From Chrysomallon squamiferum (taxonomy: Eukaryota; Animalia; Mollusca): 64,000 nucleotides of DNA. The DNA lies in NCBI GenBank assembly GCA_012295275.1, contig CM022676.1:18414001-18478000 (forward strand), read 5' to 3'. A program made the position numbers and the translations under genes. Under the pieces are notes generated by a model that ran no database searches, was not told the DNA's origin, and saw only the letters and a list, made by a program, of their open reading frames with translations. Shown here piece after piece: positions 1-13,681 of the stretch (positions within the stretch are counted from its first letter, which is position 1; the number at the start of each line of letters is the position of its first letter).

Positions 1-360
1 ATAAATAAATAAATAAATAAATAAATAAATGATAACATCATGATATCGGCTTGCTCTGATCAGCACGTTAACGTTTTCGTTCACTCTCAACACTTCTGTA
101 TCGTAATGTCTTATACTAATATAAAAAAAAAAATACAATATTTATGTGTGTGTATATCCATACGTTCTGCGTCAGAGTGAATCTGTATTTAGTAGAATGT
201 CTGTGCATGCCTATGTCTGTTTGTATGTGTGTGTTTACGAAATATCTGTTTTTCTCTAATTATTTCTGTACTTTGTTTACGCTAACAAATATTATAAATA
301 TCGTCATCATAATAATAATAATAATAATAATAATAGCAATTGTAATAGTCATACTACTAT

Positions 361-398
<38 letters not shown>

Positions 399-589
399 AT
401 AATAATAATAATAATAACAGCAGCAGCAGCAACAACAATTTGTAAGAATCGCATCTGGTTTTTTTTTTGTTGGTTTTTTAGCAGCAAGGGTAGTAAATGT
501 ATAATTATTTAAAGATTATTTCCTCTACAACAACGTTTTCAACTGTTTCTAATAATTAATTTGACTGTTTTGTATTTACTGGGTACCAG

Positions 590-1207
590 TTGTCTCCTGT
601 GGACCACCCCCGCAGATAGAAAACACCACCACACTGTATGAGGAAGTGACGTTTGGGTCTGTCGCTGTTTACATGTGTGTCGAAGGATATAAGCCAATAA
701 CCGGAAGTGACGTCAGAATCTGCGATGAATCCGGCGCATGGAGCGGAAGTCCTCTTGTATGCTTTTGTAAGAGATTATATCAAAATCTTTATCGTCGTTG
801 TCGTTATTATGGTAATGTTCACAATAGTGATCACCGAAAATAGCCTTCGTTATCATTACAGTTGTCATTATGTAATTATCATCTCTGTGATCATTATCAT
901 CCTCATTATCATCGCCGTCCGAGTAATGATACTCAGAACAACAATAATGCACTTTATTTCTCAAAACTGAATGGTACCATTTTCAGTGGTCACGTGCAAC
1001 AACCCTCCTCTCCCTCCGAACTCCTTCATCGTGTCAGCTTATTCGACTGTGTACATGTCACGTGTCAACTATTCCTGTGCGCTTGGCTTCGAAATGGTAA
1101 GCGGAAGTGACGTCAAACTGTGCAGTGCAGACGGACTGTGGGAAGGAGAATCAATCGAATGCAAAGGTAAACAAATGTAAATCAAACCCAGCTAATGTAT
1201 CGATTGA

Positions 1208-1248
<41 letters not shown>

Positions 1249-1291
1249 ATATTACATACTCGTGTGTGTATGTATGTATGTATACACAAAC

Positions 1292-1346
<55 letters not shown>

Positions 1347-1616
1347 TGAACAGAAAAGCCGTCGGTTGCTGAAACTATTGGAATAATCACCAACTTTGAA
1401 CCGGAGGTGCTTGAAGCGCAAGGATCTGTTGGTTTCGGCGTTGCCGCGTTTGCTATCGTCGTCGTCATCGTGGTTGCCATTGTTCTGCTTGACTTGACAA
1501 CCATCTGCCACCACGTGCGCTTTATGAAAGGCAACGTGCGGGATTTTGTTGACAGAGTGAAAACGAGGTTCTTCTGTTCCCCTGCTAACGCCGAACATCC
1601 AGTTAAGGAGTGTTAA
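590..1616 (+). CDS. 3' part of a sushi/CCP-domain type I membrane protein (gene starts upstream of window)
   Basis: Phase-1 exons 590-766 (VSCGPPPQIENT...YMCVEGY...RICDESGAWSGSPLVC) and 987-1166 (VTCNNPPLPPNS...YSCALGF...LCSADGLWEGESIEC) are canonical 4-Cys CCP modules. Terminal exon 1354-1616 encodes a TM helix (GFGVAAFAIVVVIVVAIVLL) and a short tail. All introns are GT-AG; AATAAA overlaps the stop. Confidence 0.88.
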
Positions 1617-1789
1617 TAAACAGTGTAATGAAAGTTCCCACAATGCAGTCGTACAGAAATATCCAGAATGCACGGCAATGATTAAACAACACTGGTTTCC
1701 TGGATAATCAATTTACATTGCAGCGTACCATTTATTTTTTAATATAATACACTTATCCATAATGCAGTGTACTTGTTATTTATAGTACA

Positions 1790-2120
1790 TTTACCCGTAA
1801 TGCAATGTTCTAGTTGAACAATATTAATAATGTAATAATTACCCATAACGCAGTTAACTATTGTAATTTACCCATAATTCAATATACTAATAAAATATAT
1901 AATTAATAGTATGAAGAAATTACCCATAATTCAATATACTAATAAAATATATAATTAATAGTATGAAGAAATTACCTATAATGCCATATAGTACTTAAAC
2001 AGGTTAATTATTATTATAATGAAAGTATCCCCATTTATTTATAATACATGTATAATATATTTACCGAAATGCTATGTATAGTTAAGCAGTCTTTATGCTA
2101 TATAATGAAATTACCCATAA
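1790..2120. repeat. Degenerate tandem repeat with core TTACCCATAAT, including a near-exact ~52-bp duplication
   Basis: ttacccataat-like motif recurs at about 1792, 1839, 1868, 1920, 1972 and 2111; 1868-1975 is a direct duplication. Confidence 0.6.
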
Positions 2121-2835
2121 TAAGTGACCATTTATTTACATTTCAATAATTCACACATACATCCGCTTACTAATTTAAAAGTGTAATAGGTAACATCACG
2201 GAATTTCTCTGTATGGTCAGTTTGAATGTATGGTAGAATTAATTTAACATCAAATTTCTATGGTAAAATTACAAAGATATGTTAGTTTTATTTTCAGTAC
2301 ATGCGAGGGTAGAGAAGAACAGAAAAGTGTTTTAGAGTAAAAAATAAACTTAAGCAAATAAAATAAGTTGAAATTTATATTTGTTCTTTGTGTACACATT
2401 TTAGCCTTTCTCCATTCTTCGGTGCTTTCATGTGTATATGTTAATGTGTGTGTGCGCGTGCTTGCGTGCGTGCGTATGAATTTAAACTCAACGACTGTTC
2501 CTCTGACTAAAATACTGATAACCAGTGATAAAGAATATATTTGATGAGTTTCAACTCCCCTCAGACGATATCTTTTAAACTTTCTCTCTCGTGTTATTTC
2601 CTTCATTTTTCTCATATTCGTACGCACACACAAATACTTTTGTGCGTTTCTGTACAGCCGAAGCTGTTTTTCGTCATTAAATAGTTATTCATTCATTCTG
2701 TACTCAGAGATTGACAGGAGGTTTTCCTGATTTTAGCGCTTCCTTCATGACGTCACGGTTTCATTTTAACGAGATAGTCAACAAAAATGGCTGAAACAGA
2801 AGATACGGATATTTTGTGAATTGTGAACTAGAGAA

Positions 2836-3145
2836 ATGGAGTGGACTTACCTCCTCGACATTTGGTTAAGAATCTGGGTAGTGTTCATCATGGGTAAGAA
2901 AACTAAGTATACAAATCGGCATGATCAATAAACTAAGCTTTATTTTGTGACGTCAGACGCCATTTTATTCGTAAATTAAGTGACTTCTGCTTGGATAAAC
3001 ACGGACTTTGCTACACTTTTTCATTTTTATTTATATATATTTTTAAGGAAATAAAATTAATATAGTAGGTAATGAGTATTTTTTATTATAGGCTAAATTG
3101 CAACTTTAACAAACTGTTTCAAACTAGCAACCAACAACAATGTAT

Positions 3146-3184
<39 letters not shown>

Positions 3185-3345
3185 TTAGGTATATCAAAAG
3201 AAAAAAAAAAAAAAAAAACAACAACAAACAGATGAAGTTATTTTGATTTTCAGAGCAAAAATTACCACTAAAATGGTATCAAGATGTTCGTGATTGGTCA
3301 ATTATTGTAAAAGTTATGATTTTTTATTTGGTTAAGAAATTCAGG

Positions 3346-3394
<49 letters not shown>

Positions 3395-4263
3395 TTAACA
3401 CAAATGTACAGGGAAAAGTGTGCCCATTTGCTGGTAGACTTGCAGTTAAAGTAATCATAACATATTAAAAATGGAAACCGTATAATAGAATGAACAAATA
3501 GCTTGATGTAACATCCCGAAAAAATGTGTGAAAATGTAGGAAAACGCGCGATCGCCTGTTTGCACACGCACACATTTAGCTAACATTTCACGTCCTGAAA
3601 TGGAACTAAAATAAACATCCAGTCAAATGGCAATATTTGGATTAGGTGACATAACACAAGGCGGTAATAGTTTGTTTACAATCTTTTCCGCCAAATCATA
3701 TGATTTTTCTTCCAGAAGTTTGAAAACGGTTCCCGCTCGATAGATTTTGATGATATTTTTAAGAGACTGAAATGGTTTTACTTTGAAAAATTTCTAAACA
3801 GACGAAGAACAACAGTCTGGCAATAATTAGCATGAACAGGAACGATAACTCGTGACAGCACGAATTCCATCTGCTCACTAAATGGATCCAATTTAATAGG
3901 TAGAAAGTCCGCATGAAAGTTCTTTTCCGATGACATCTGACGCGGTGAACGCAACCGGTGTAAGAAATTAATGCATTAATCTGCTAGAACATTCTACTTT
4001 CAGTTTATTATGCGCGCATTTATACAAAAATAATCCAGTTTGAAAAGTTTGATTACGTTAAAACGTCAATCATTTTCGGAAAGTGATCGTCTGGTTTTTG
4101 AAACATCTCTTTTCTGCACTTTTTCTGTAGATTATTTTCCTCAGATGAAAACAAGAAAGTGTTTCTGTTTGCGTTTCTGAAACGTCGGCTACTTCTATAG
4201 AGCAGAGGTATTCACAGCGTTTTTAAACGAATATAGTCTAACTTCAGGGCCTCATTCAGGCAC

Positions 4264-4299
<36 letters not shown>

Positions 4300-4474
4300 T
4301 GTTATTGTATAACCAGGTAACAAAGGCATATGATTTTACCACCCAGCCAAGCATATTTTTCATTTCCTGTCAATTCGAATTGGTATATGCATACAAAGTG
4401 ATAGAATACAAGTAAAGCTTAACATCTGAATATATATATAAAGTAAGTATAGTTTTAGTAAAGATACTTTCGTA

Positions 4475-4551
<77 letters not shown>

Positions 4552-5058
4552 GTCTGTCTGTCTGTCTGTCTTTCTCTCTCTCTCTCTTTTAGTCTAAAAC
4601 GTACATTTTTTCTTTCTCAGATATATCTTTAATCCGAAGTGCCAGTATTCGCTTAAGAGCTATGACTGGAGTGTTAGGAGAGCACAGGACTATTGTCAGC
4701 TGCAGGTTCTTTAAAACTGACAGTGAAACACTCTCCCAGTTTAGACTGTCGAGGAGACAGACGAAAGACTATTATTTTACAGAAGTGTGTGATTATACAT
4801 TGAGCAGAGGTTTCCAAAAACACTTAGATCAACACACAGACCTTATAAACAGAACAGAAATATATTTTGATTTAGATTATATTAAGTTTATTTTCAAACT
4901 GAATAGAATAATTTGTTCTGACGAAGGGGAGTTCCAGTGTTCAGCGATTTACACTCGTAGCAACATAAGTCACCAAGTTTCAGAGAATATTAAATTCAAA
5001 GTGGAAGGTGAGTGCGTCAGCCACAGTGTTATAGTTAAACCCATTTTATACAGATTTT

Positions 5059-5155
<97 letters not shown>

Positions 5156-8107
5156 TATCTGTCTCTCTTCACACACACACACACGCGCACACACACACAC
5201 ACACATAGACAAAAGAGCTAGGCACCGACAGGACATTTTACAGTGACTAATAAAAGAAATGATATTACTGGCAGCAGATGTTTAGACAGGCGAATTTGGT
5301 TTGTAAGAAGAAGGGTCTAGCAGTAAGAAAACGGAACGATTGTATTAAACTCAAGAGTTTTAGTTACAATAACGTCAATAATCACCGGAACTATGTAACT
5401 CCAAAATCCTATGATTTCAAAATACGGACATGCACAGTTCATGAAAGAGTTAAATGTGGCGGTAGGCAACACAAATGTTAACTTGGAGTTTCTAGATTGC
5501 ATGCGTAGTTCAAAGATTGAGTAGCGAAAAACCCTCCCTGAGTCCAGCTGCCTGTCTCGATCTTCCGTCTTATCCGTTCAGTTAAACGTCATGTTTGCTC
5601 AAAGGTCAAAGGTGACTCCACTGACGACACACAACGACGATGTATACTATTCCTGTTCTGGATTCAAATCAGGACTCAGAATTGTTACAGCGTTGTTTTT
5701 CAGGTAGGTTGCCAGGAACTGTAATGTCTAAGATAGTCGTCAGTACGAGTTGATGATCTTGTACACTGATGAGTGACGTCTCCTCTGTGAGGAACACGCG
5801 GTCTGGTGTTGTTGGAACGTCTTTACCTGATTCGAAACTCTTACTCGAACATCTGTGACATGCACCAGAAATCTGTTTCCTTCCTACCAGTCGACTCTTG
5901 GTTACATCTTCGTCTTCCAGTCTGTTCGTTCTTCACGTCATATCAGACGTTCGTTTCGACCAGCAGGGGGCGTTTCATGACCTTCCCGCGCGTACTCTGC
6001 TGAGATGAAGAGTTTCTCAAAAACTGACGTAGATTTGACAGCCTTGGTCGCTTTAGGACAGAACTTGTTGCAGCAAAAGCCGTCGTCACGCTAATTGCCG
6101 CAGTGTCCTGTCTCCGTTCTAAGATGTCAAACGACGTCGTCTGCATCGTGGGCCATCTACCACATCACTGAGTTGCCAGTATTTCCTGGATGGTTGTGAC
6201 GATTGTGCAATGGTAGCCGAGTTCATGTCCAGTAGGTTTGGTGGACATCACTGTTACAGTTTTACCTACTATCTTAGCACTTCTGGTATCCTCAGTCATA
6301 TCATGTTTTCAGTGAATGACGTAACTGAAGTGAAGTACTTATATCTGATATACGAACATACAGCGGGCTGGAAAGAGCAAGGGAGGGACGTGATTCACAT
6401 ACTTTGACAGTGAGTTTAGATGTATACGTCACATACTTATGGTCGCGTTATTGCTATGGAACAACATTCTTGTGAACACAATTGTTTACTTCTCTCGGAA
6501 TGGGTGCGGTGGGGTGCTGAACTTTTTTTCTATTAACACTAAGTCTCGCGAGATGATGTATACAGGTAATATTGTATATACAGTAGACGATGCAACACTC
6601 TACGTCGTTTATATATGCTCGAGTGTGTGTGTATGTGTGTGTGTATGTGTGTGTGTGTGTGTGAGAAAGCAAGAAAACTAAATATGAAAAAGACGCGTGC
6701 TATTGTTTACAAGGAATACGTTTTTTTCTGTGCATTTATATGACCCTACATCAATATACGTATACAAATACTACATTATTACAGTTGTTATTATCAGTGA
6801 TGCTACTGATGTATTCAATGTTGTTGTAGCTGCGCCAGAAAAGCCTGTGATGAAATACAACCCAAAGAAGACGACGTACGAGTTGATGGAGACGGTGTGG
6901 TTCAGCTGCACGGGAAACGTCGGCCGCCCTCCCGGCTGGTTCTGGTGGTTCTCCTTCGAGAACTTCATGTTCAACAACGTCACAGACAAAGCTCACCAGA
7001 GCGACGCCGTGCCAGCCAGCGGCTCGCACAACTGCACGTACGTACGGACGAGCGTGTACAGACTCGTGATGGCAAAGACGAACGGGATCGTGATGAAGTG
7101 CGTCGCGTATCACCCGAGTCAGATGACGAAAACCAGCCTGCTCGACTGCCTCATGTCGAAACGCTGCAGCGAGTCGACCTTCTTGAACGTCAACAGTGAG
7201 TAAATAGCAGTCACATTGTGTGAAATCAGTGAGTAAATAGCAGCTCACGTTGTGTGAAATCAGTGAGCAAAGCAAAACAAGGTCATATGTCAACAGTGAG
7301 TAAATAGCAGTCACGTTATGTGAAATCAGTGAGTAAATAACAGTCACGTTTAGTGAAATCAGTGAGTAAAGCAAAACAAAGTCAGATGTTGACAGTGAGT
7401 AAATAACAGTCACGTTATGTGAAATCAGTGAGTAAATAACAGTCACGTTGTGTGAAATCAGTGAGCAAAGCAAAACAAGGTCATATGTCAACAGTGAGTA
7501 AATAGCAGCTCACGTTGTGTGAAATCAGTGAGTAAATAGCAGCTGACGTTATGCGAAATCAGTGAGTAAATCAAAACAAAGTCACATGTCAACAGTGAGT
7601 AAATAGCAGCTCACCTTGTGTGAAATCAGTGAGCAAAGCAAAAACAAAGTCAGTTGTCAACAGTGAGTAAATAGCAGTCACGTTATGCGAAATCAGTGAG
7701 TAAATCAAAACAAAGTCACATGTCAACAGTGAGTAAATAGCAGCTCACGTTATGTGAAATCAGTGAGTAAAGCAAAAAACAAATGTCAACAAAACAAAGT
7801 TACGTTTGTTGAAACAATGAGTAAAGTAAATAGCAGTCACGTTTAGTGAAATCAGTGAGTAAAGCAAAACAAAGTCACATGTTGACAGTGAGTAAATAGC
7901 AGTCACGTTATGTGAAATCAGTGAGTAAAGCAAAACAAAGTCACAGTGAGTAAATAACGTCGTTAGTGGTAAACACAGCTACTGCACTGACTACAGTAGA
8001 GGGAAAAACCGAGTAAAGATAAAGGTCAGAATAATGTTAAAGGTAAAACATACAGTTACAAACACCAACAAACAAATGCGTAAATAAAGAATTTTAACAT
8101 TTAAGCG

Positions 8108-8150
<43 letters not shown>

Positions 8151-8833
8151 CAACAAGAATAATAACAGCAAAAGTAACAACAACAACAACAACAACAACG
8201 ACAACGACAACAACACTAATAATAAACGGTAGCTCATTCTGTACAGACGTTCTGTATCAATCAGATATTACAAGAAAGACAACATAGCTGTGACATCTAC
8301 TACATGCTACACACACCACGTGCAGAATCACAACAGCAACATCATTTTGGCGTTGTCGTTGCAGAAAACAACACACGGACGATCGTCGTAGTGGTGATTT
8401 TGTTGGGATCGATATTTCTTGTTGCCTCAATGAGTGTTTATGTCATCAGACTGAAATACAAAAGAAGACGCAAAGGTGTGGAATAAATTAGAATTTTAGT
8501 ACATGACACAGACTCGCTTCTCTCAGCCAAACTCTTTTAATAGGCGCAGGTTAAATAAATGAATGAGTGAATGAATGAATGAATGAGTGAACGAATGAGT
8601 GAATGAGTGAGTGAATGAGTGAATGAATGAGTGAATGAATGAGTGAACGAACGAACGAACTAACGAGTGATTGAATAAGAAGCTGATGCGCATTTTGTTA
8701 ATTTATCACATAATTATATATTAAAAGTTTTTTTTTTTTTATCGACCTAATAAAATATTATCTATTTATTTATTTATTTATTTATTTATTTATTTCAGGA
8801 CTTCAGGTTATTGAGCGAGATTCGGACACCTGA
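2836..8833 (+). CDS. Two-Ig-domain type I membrane receptor A (~318 aa, short tail)
   Basis: Exons: 2836-2893 (leader MEWTYLLDIWLRIWVVFIM); 4621-5007 (Ig1: VSCRF...IICSDEGEFQC); 6830-7195 (Ig2: FSCTGNVGRPPGWFWW...MKCVAY); 8365-8475 (TM IVVVVILLGSIFLVASMSVYVI + KRRRK); 8799-8833 (GLQVIERDSDT*). All junctions are phase 1, GT-AG, 957 nt in frame. AATAAA at 8941. Confidence 0.8.
7190..7958 (+). repeat. 33-34 bp minisatellite whose unit contains the exon-3 splice donor (CA|GTGAGTAAA), ~22 copies
   Basis: cagtgag(t/c)aaa recurs at 7194, 7227, 7261, 7294 and so on. Two interspersed subunit types: tagcagtcacgttatgtgaaat and gcaaaacaaagtcacatgtcaa. Confidence 0.92.
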
Positions 8834-9113
8834 CTCTTAGGTCACATGATCAAAGTGATTTGTCTTCAAGTTTGTGCAGTTTAGTAACAGTTTGTTTTTC
8901 CAAGCTGGAACAGATAGCTACAGTGACATAACAAAACTTTAATAAAATAATTTTATATGTGTATCAGCGAGTTTTGCAGAACTGTACAAAAAAAAAAAAA
9001 ACAAAAAAAAAACAATGGTTGGCAAAACCAGTAGCAACACGATTTCAGTAGGCAGCAGCTATATCAGAACAATATAGATAACAAACTGAGTTAGAAATGT
9101 AACAAGATATATG

Positions 9114-9158
<45 letters not shown>

Positions 9159-9518
9159 CAACGATTTATTTTTATTTATTTATTTATTTTCAAATAAATT
9201 TAAAAAATGAGATTTTAAAAACTGTAACAATCTGGTTACCTGCGTATGATTTTCGACAATGTATAACAATATCGTTTGGAACACTAAGAATATGCTTAGG
9301 AAACACTGTTACTGTATAGTTTGGAACATTCTCTCTCTCTGTAATATACACACGCACACGCACACACCCGCACACGCATACACACACACACACACAAACA
9401 GAAAGCATTAAATATTAAATATATCAGTGCCTGTAAGTAATAATAAAAACCCTACAGGAATCGATTTCCTATACTAGACACTGCGAAAATATTTTAGATA
9501 CATAACAATAAAAAACGT

Positions 9519-9603
<85 letters not shown>

Positions 9604-10339
9604 ATGTGTGTGTTGTATGTTAGTGACTATTTGGCGTATTATTAATTAACGTTTAAAACCTTATTTCAGAACTATCTATCTTACTATCCATCCATCTAAA
9701 TATCTAACTAACTGCCTGCCTACCTACCAACATGTTAGTATGTATAGTTAAGTACAATGCGCGAAAATATAGAAATAAATCTAGCGATCATATCTTGCTA
9801 CTTGATAGAGTAATCATACGAGAAAAAACAACAACAACAACAACAACAACAATAATAAAACAATAATAATAATGCTAAAATAGTTTGACACAAATGAGAT
9901 GTCTATTGCATTCAAATCAGTCCATTAGCCCGTTAACACATACACTGATAAATTATCTTATTTCTTGAGGGTTTCTGGTTTTATTTTTGTATGTTTATTC
10001 ATATATATGTCTTAGTGCACAGGTTTTAAACCTGGAGGTCGCGAGATCGTTCTTGAGCGAGAGTATGCTTTAGCTTTTTTTCAACTTGACTTGGAAGAAG
10101 GAATAAATAAGAACGTGTAGATTGGTTTGTGACACGTCATAGTGAATATAGATTCCTTTTGTACTGACTTTGATTGATGAAAATATGGTAACCATAGATA
10201 TTACTGAATCAAAATTTTTAATGTGGGCTATCGGTCATATTGAGTTGCTCATAAGGGGTTGAGATATGAAAAAATTGAAAACCTGGTGTTTTAGTGTATG
10301 TATTTATGTGTGTGTGTGTGTGTATGCGTGTGTGTGCGT

Positions 10340-10417
<78 letters not shown>

Positions 10418-10789
10418 AAACGGTATACTGAATATCTGTTTATATTTTTCCAGAATAAATTCATTGCGTGATTTCATTAAAATCTGTCGAGCGCTGATTG
10501 TTTTCCAGCTTTGGGGGTGTGGATAGTAAACTACCCATTACTACCACGTGATAAAAGTATTGACATTTGATTGGATATTTATTTTTATTCTGATTCAATG
10601 CATTCAAGGTTTAAGCAAACATGTTTTCCCACGATCTCACATATTTTCGATATCTTAACAAAAAATGTTCTATATATTTTCGTAAATAAAAACAAAAAAA
10701 AAAAAAAAAATAAAAATAAAAATATTGCAATAACTGATCAGTCGTAAACATTTCTTTTCCCATATATTTTTATTTATTTATTTATTTTT

Positions 10790-10841
<52 letters not shown>

Positions 10842-11183
10842 TAGCTCTTTAATCAGATTAACTTAATTTTTTTCCGTAACTAACCTTGTAGTTTGATTTA
10901 TCCAGTATCTATCCTCTATATCCTAGTTACCTGACGACAGTCACACCCACGCATCCACACACACACGCACACTTGAATATAAACAAAATCACATGCTTAC
11001 CCATATACAAATGCAGAAAGTAAATACAAAATTCCCAGATGCAGTATAAATACTGAAAACAATAGTCAACTTGTTGTTTCTGTCCACTCACTGTCAGAGA
11101 TTACTGACACACTTTTGTTTTCTTTATTGAGATTACGTCAGCAATAACGTAATACGTCTTCAAATTGACGTATACCGTCAACA

Positions 11184-13061
11184 ATGAGGCCATGTCGTGT
11201 CGTTTTGTGGTTCTTCGTGTGTATTTTTCTTTCTAGAGGTATGTTACAAATAATATAACTGTGAGGAAATCCATTCATTCTCTAATTCCTTCACTTGCCC
11301 TCGCGATTTTGTCTACGATTTATCCGCATCGTTTGATTTCATAAAGCATTTATTACTGTGTTTGACCTTTATTCTTCAGTGTAGAATGTCCCTTTACCAA
11401 GTCTAATGAAATAAAGGCAAAACTCTAAACTGGTTTTGAAAATATTACATTTATACGTTTTCAGATTTGTACGATTTACGTTTTGTTCAAAATTGATTAG
11501 TCACTCATTTGGAATATCGTGGTCACCGACTTTTTTATTTTTTTTTTTTTTATTTATTTATTTATTTATTTTGTTGTTTTCAAAGTGTATGATTATAATA
11601 CTTCAAATCTGGGTAGAAATGCAATACCCATAATCAAGTCATCCCTCAGTCATTTAAAAAAAAGGCGTCGTCCCATTTGGTTCAATTACGAGTTGATCGA
11701 AAAATAACTACTTGACTGTTATGTAAAGATTTTCATGCTAGGCTGCCAAACATTTTTTCATTCATTCGTTTTGTACCTGTGTTGTTACTGAATTGGACGC
11801 CAATGGTCATCTTTTGAAACTGGTGTGGTTTGAATAAATCAACCTTTTAAAATTTGAAAAATGTTTTGCTTTTTGTATGGCGTTCTCGTTCTATTAGAAA
11901 ACTTAGATCACTTTTATTCCAGTTAGCGTTTCCGTTTAATTACTGTTCACTTCTGGTGCACGATATTTTCTTTTCAAAATAGTTTTAAATTTTTTAATCC
12001 GTGTTTCGTTCTCCATTTTTTCAAATGTTATTTTCTTGGGAGTGCTAATTCTGTGATACAAAAATTAATATTTTTATACATTATATTATCATATCTTATA
12101 AAAACATTCCTAGATACAACACTTTTTATTTATTTATTTATTTTTTATTGGTTGTTGTTTAAAAACAATAATAATCGATTTTTAATTTATCTGGAACAGT
12201 TCACTATAATGACTGAGATAACAACATGCATATCAGAAAGACTGTATAACCGTATCATTTGTTTTATCGGTTCTGTCAACTGGGAATTCGACCATCTGCA
12301 AGCAAAACAGTGTAACCAGCTTTGATGCGCTTGTTTGAGATTCACTTGTATATTCCGATGTTGTCATGACAACAGAACACAAGTTTCTCATCTGGCGGTT
12401 TTAAATATTTTTAAAACTCTTTTTTTTTTTTTTTTTCAGATACTCTTGTACTTTAATTAATTTACTAATTTTCTTAACAACAAAATATATATAAAAAATT
12501 CTAATTATTTTAATCTTATTATTTTTTTTTTTATATTATTTTTTTAAATATATATATATATTATTATTATTATTTTTTTTTACAGATGCACGTGTATATT
12601 TACAAATTACAATGAAAACAACACTGACCAACATGCTTCTTATTCACTGCGACTTCGGCGGATACAGCAAGAAGAGCATAAAAACAGTGACGATCTTACG
12701 TCACCGACTCGACTCCCGCAGATTCACAGTCATCGCTTACTACACCAACGAATCCACGATTGACTACGACACAGAAGGAAGGTCGGTGGCTCCACCTGGT
12801 AACGTGTATTTACAAGACAACTCGATGATTCTCATCTTTTATAGAATTGTGTGCAGTCTGGAGGGGATGTACCTTTGCAGAGTGAGAGTCCAGGGAGAAC
12901 GACTGCAGGAAGTTTCAGAACAAGTACTCGTTTCAGCCCGTCAGTTACTTCTTCATCATGTTTCTCTTGTTTGTTTGTTGTTGTTGTTTTTTGTAGTTGT
13001 TGTTGTATTATTATTGGTATTAGTAGTGTTAGTATTGTAAGTATTGTGATTGTTGTTGTTA

Positions 13062-13105
<44 letters not shown>

Positions 13106-13642
13106 GCTGTTGTTGTTATTGTTGTTGTTGTTACTGATGCTGTTTTGTTCGAGAAGTTATAAATATGATTTTTTTTTTGTGATAAATGCTGCTATTATCG
13201 TTGTTGTTACTGTTGCTGTTCTTGTGGTTGTTGCTGTTGCTGTTAAGATCACATCCATAATTGTATTATATCGGTTTTATCGTGGGGAGGTTAGAATGGG
13301 AAATGCGGTTGTAAAATTCAGGGCGATCGATTTCATTGTCGATTATGAAAACTGTACATCAAAACAAAATAGTTCTTAACAACAATTTATTTAGTATTGT
13401 TTTGAGAGAAAGTTATTTTCAAAATGGTCTTCTAAGATCTAATCAAGCAATTAAACACTGAAGTGTCAATCTGAACAACACACACACAGACACACAGACA
13501 CGTACAGATATACAGATACTCATATAGACTCATACACATATATACACATACATCAAATGTACATACGTATGTATATACAGACATACACACATATATACAT
13601 ACATAAGTATATACACACGTTCGCAAGAACATACATATGTAC

Positions 13643-13681
<39 letters not shown>

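Noticed and set aside
4145-4316. Alternative leader exons for receptor A (ATG at 4145 with in-frame TGA; (TTA)n poly-Leu ending in CAG|GTAAC)
   Set aside because: The first has a stop with no evidence for Sec recoding. The second lacks a start codon and is the wrong phase for the 4621 acceptor. Exon 2836-2893 fits better.
7190-7958. CRISPR-like array of 33-bp repeats
   Set aside because: Units are head-to-tail with no unique spacers, there are no cas genes and the context is a eukaryotic intron. The 246-aa minus ORF (6751-7491) is just the repeat plus the exon antisense.
10005-10075. tRNA-like sequence (aacctggaggtcgcgagatcg)
   Set aside because: Only a partial T-arm-like resemblance and no cloverleaf; at most a decayed SINE head.
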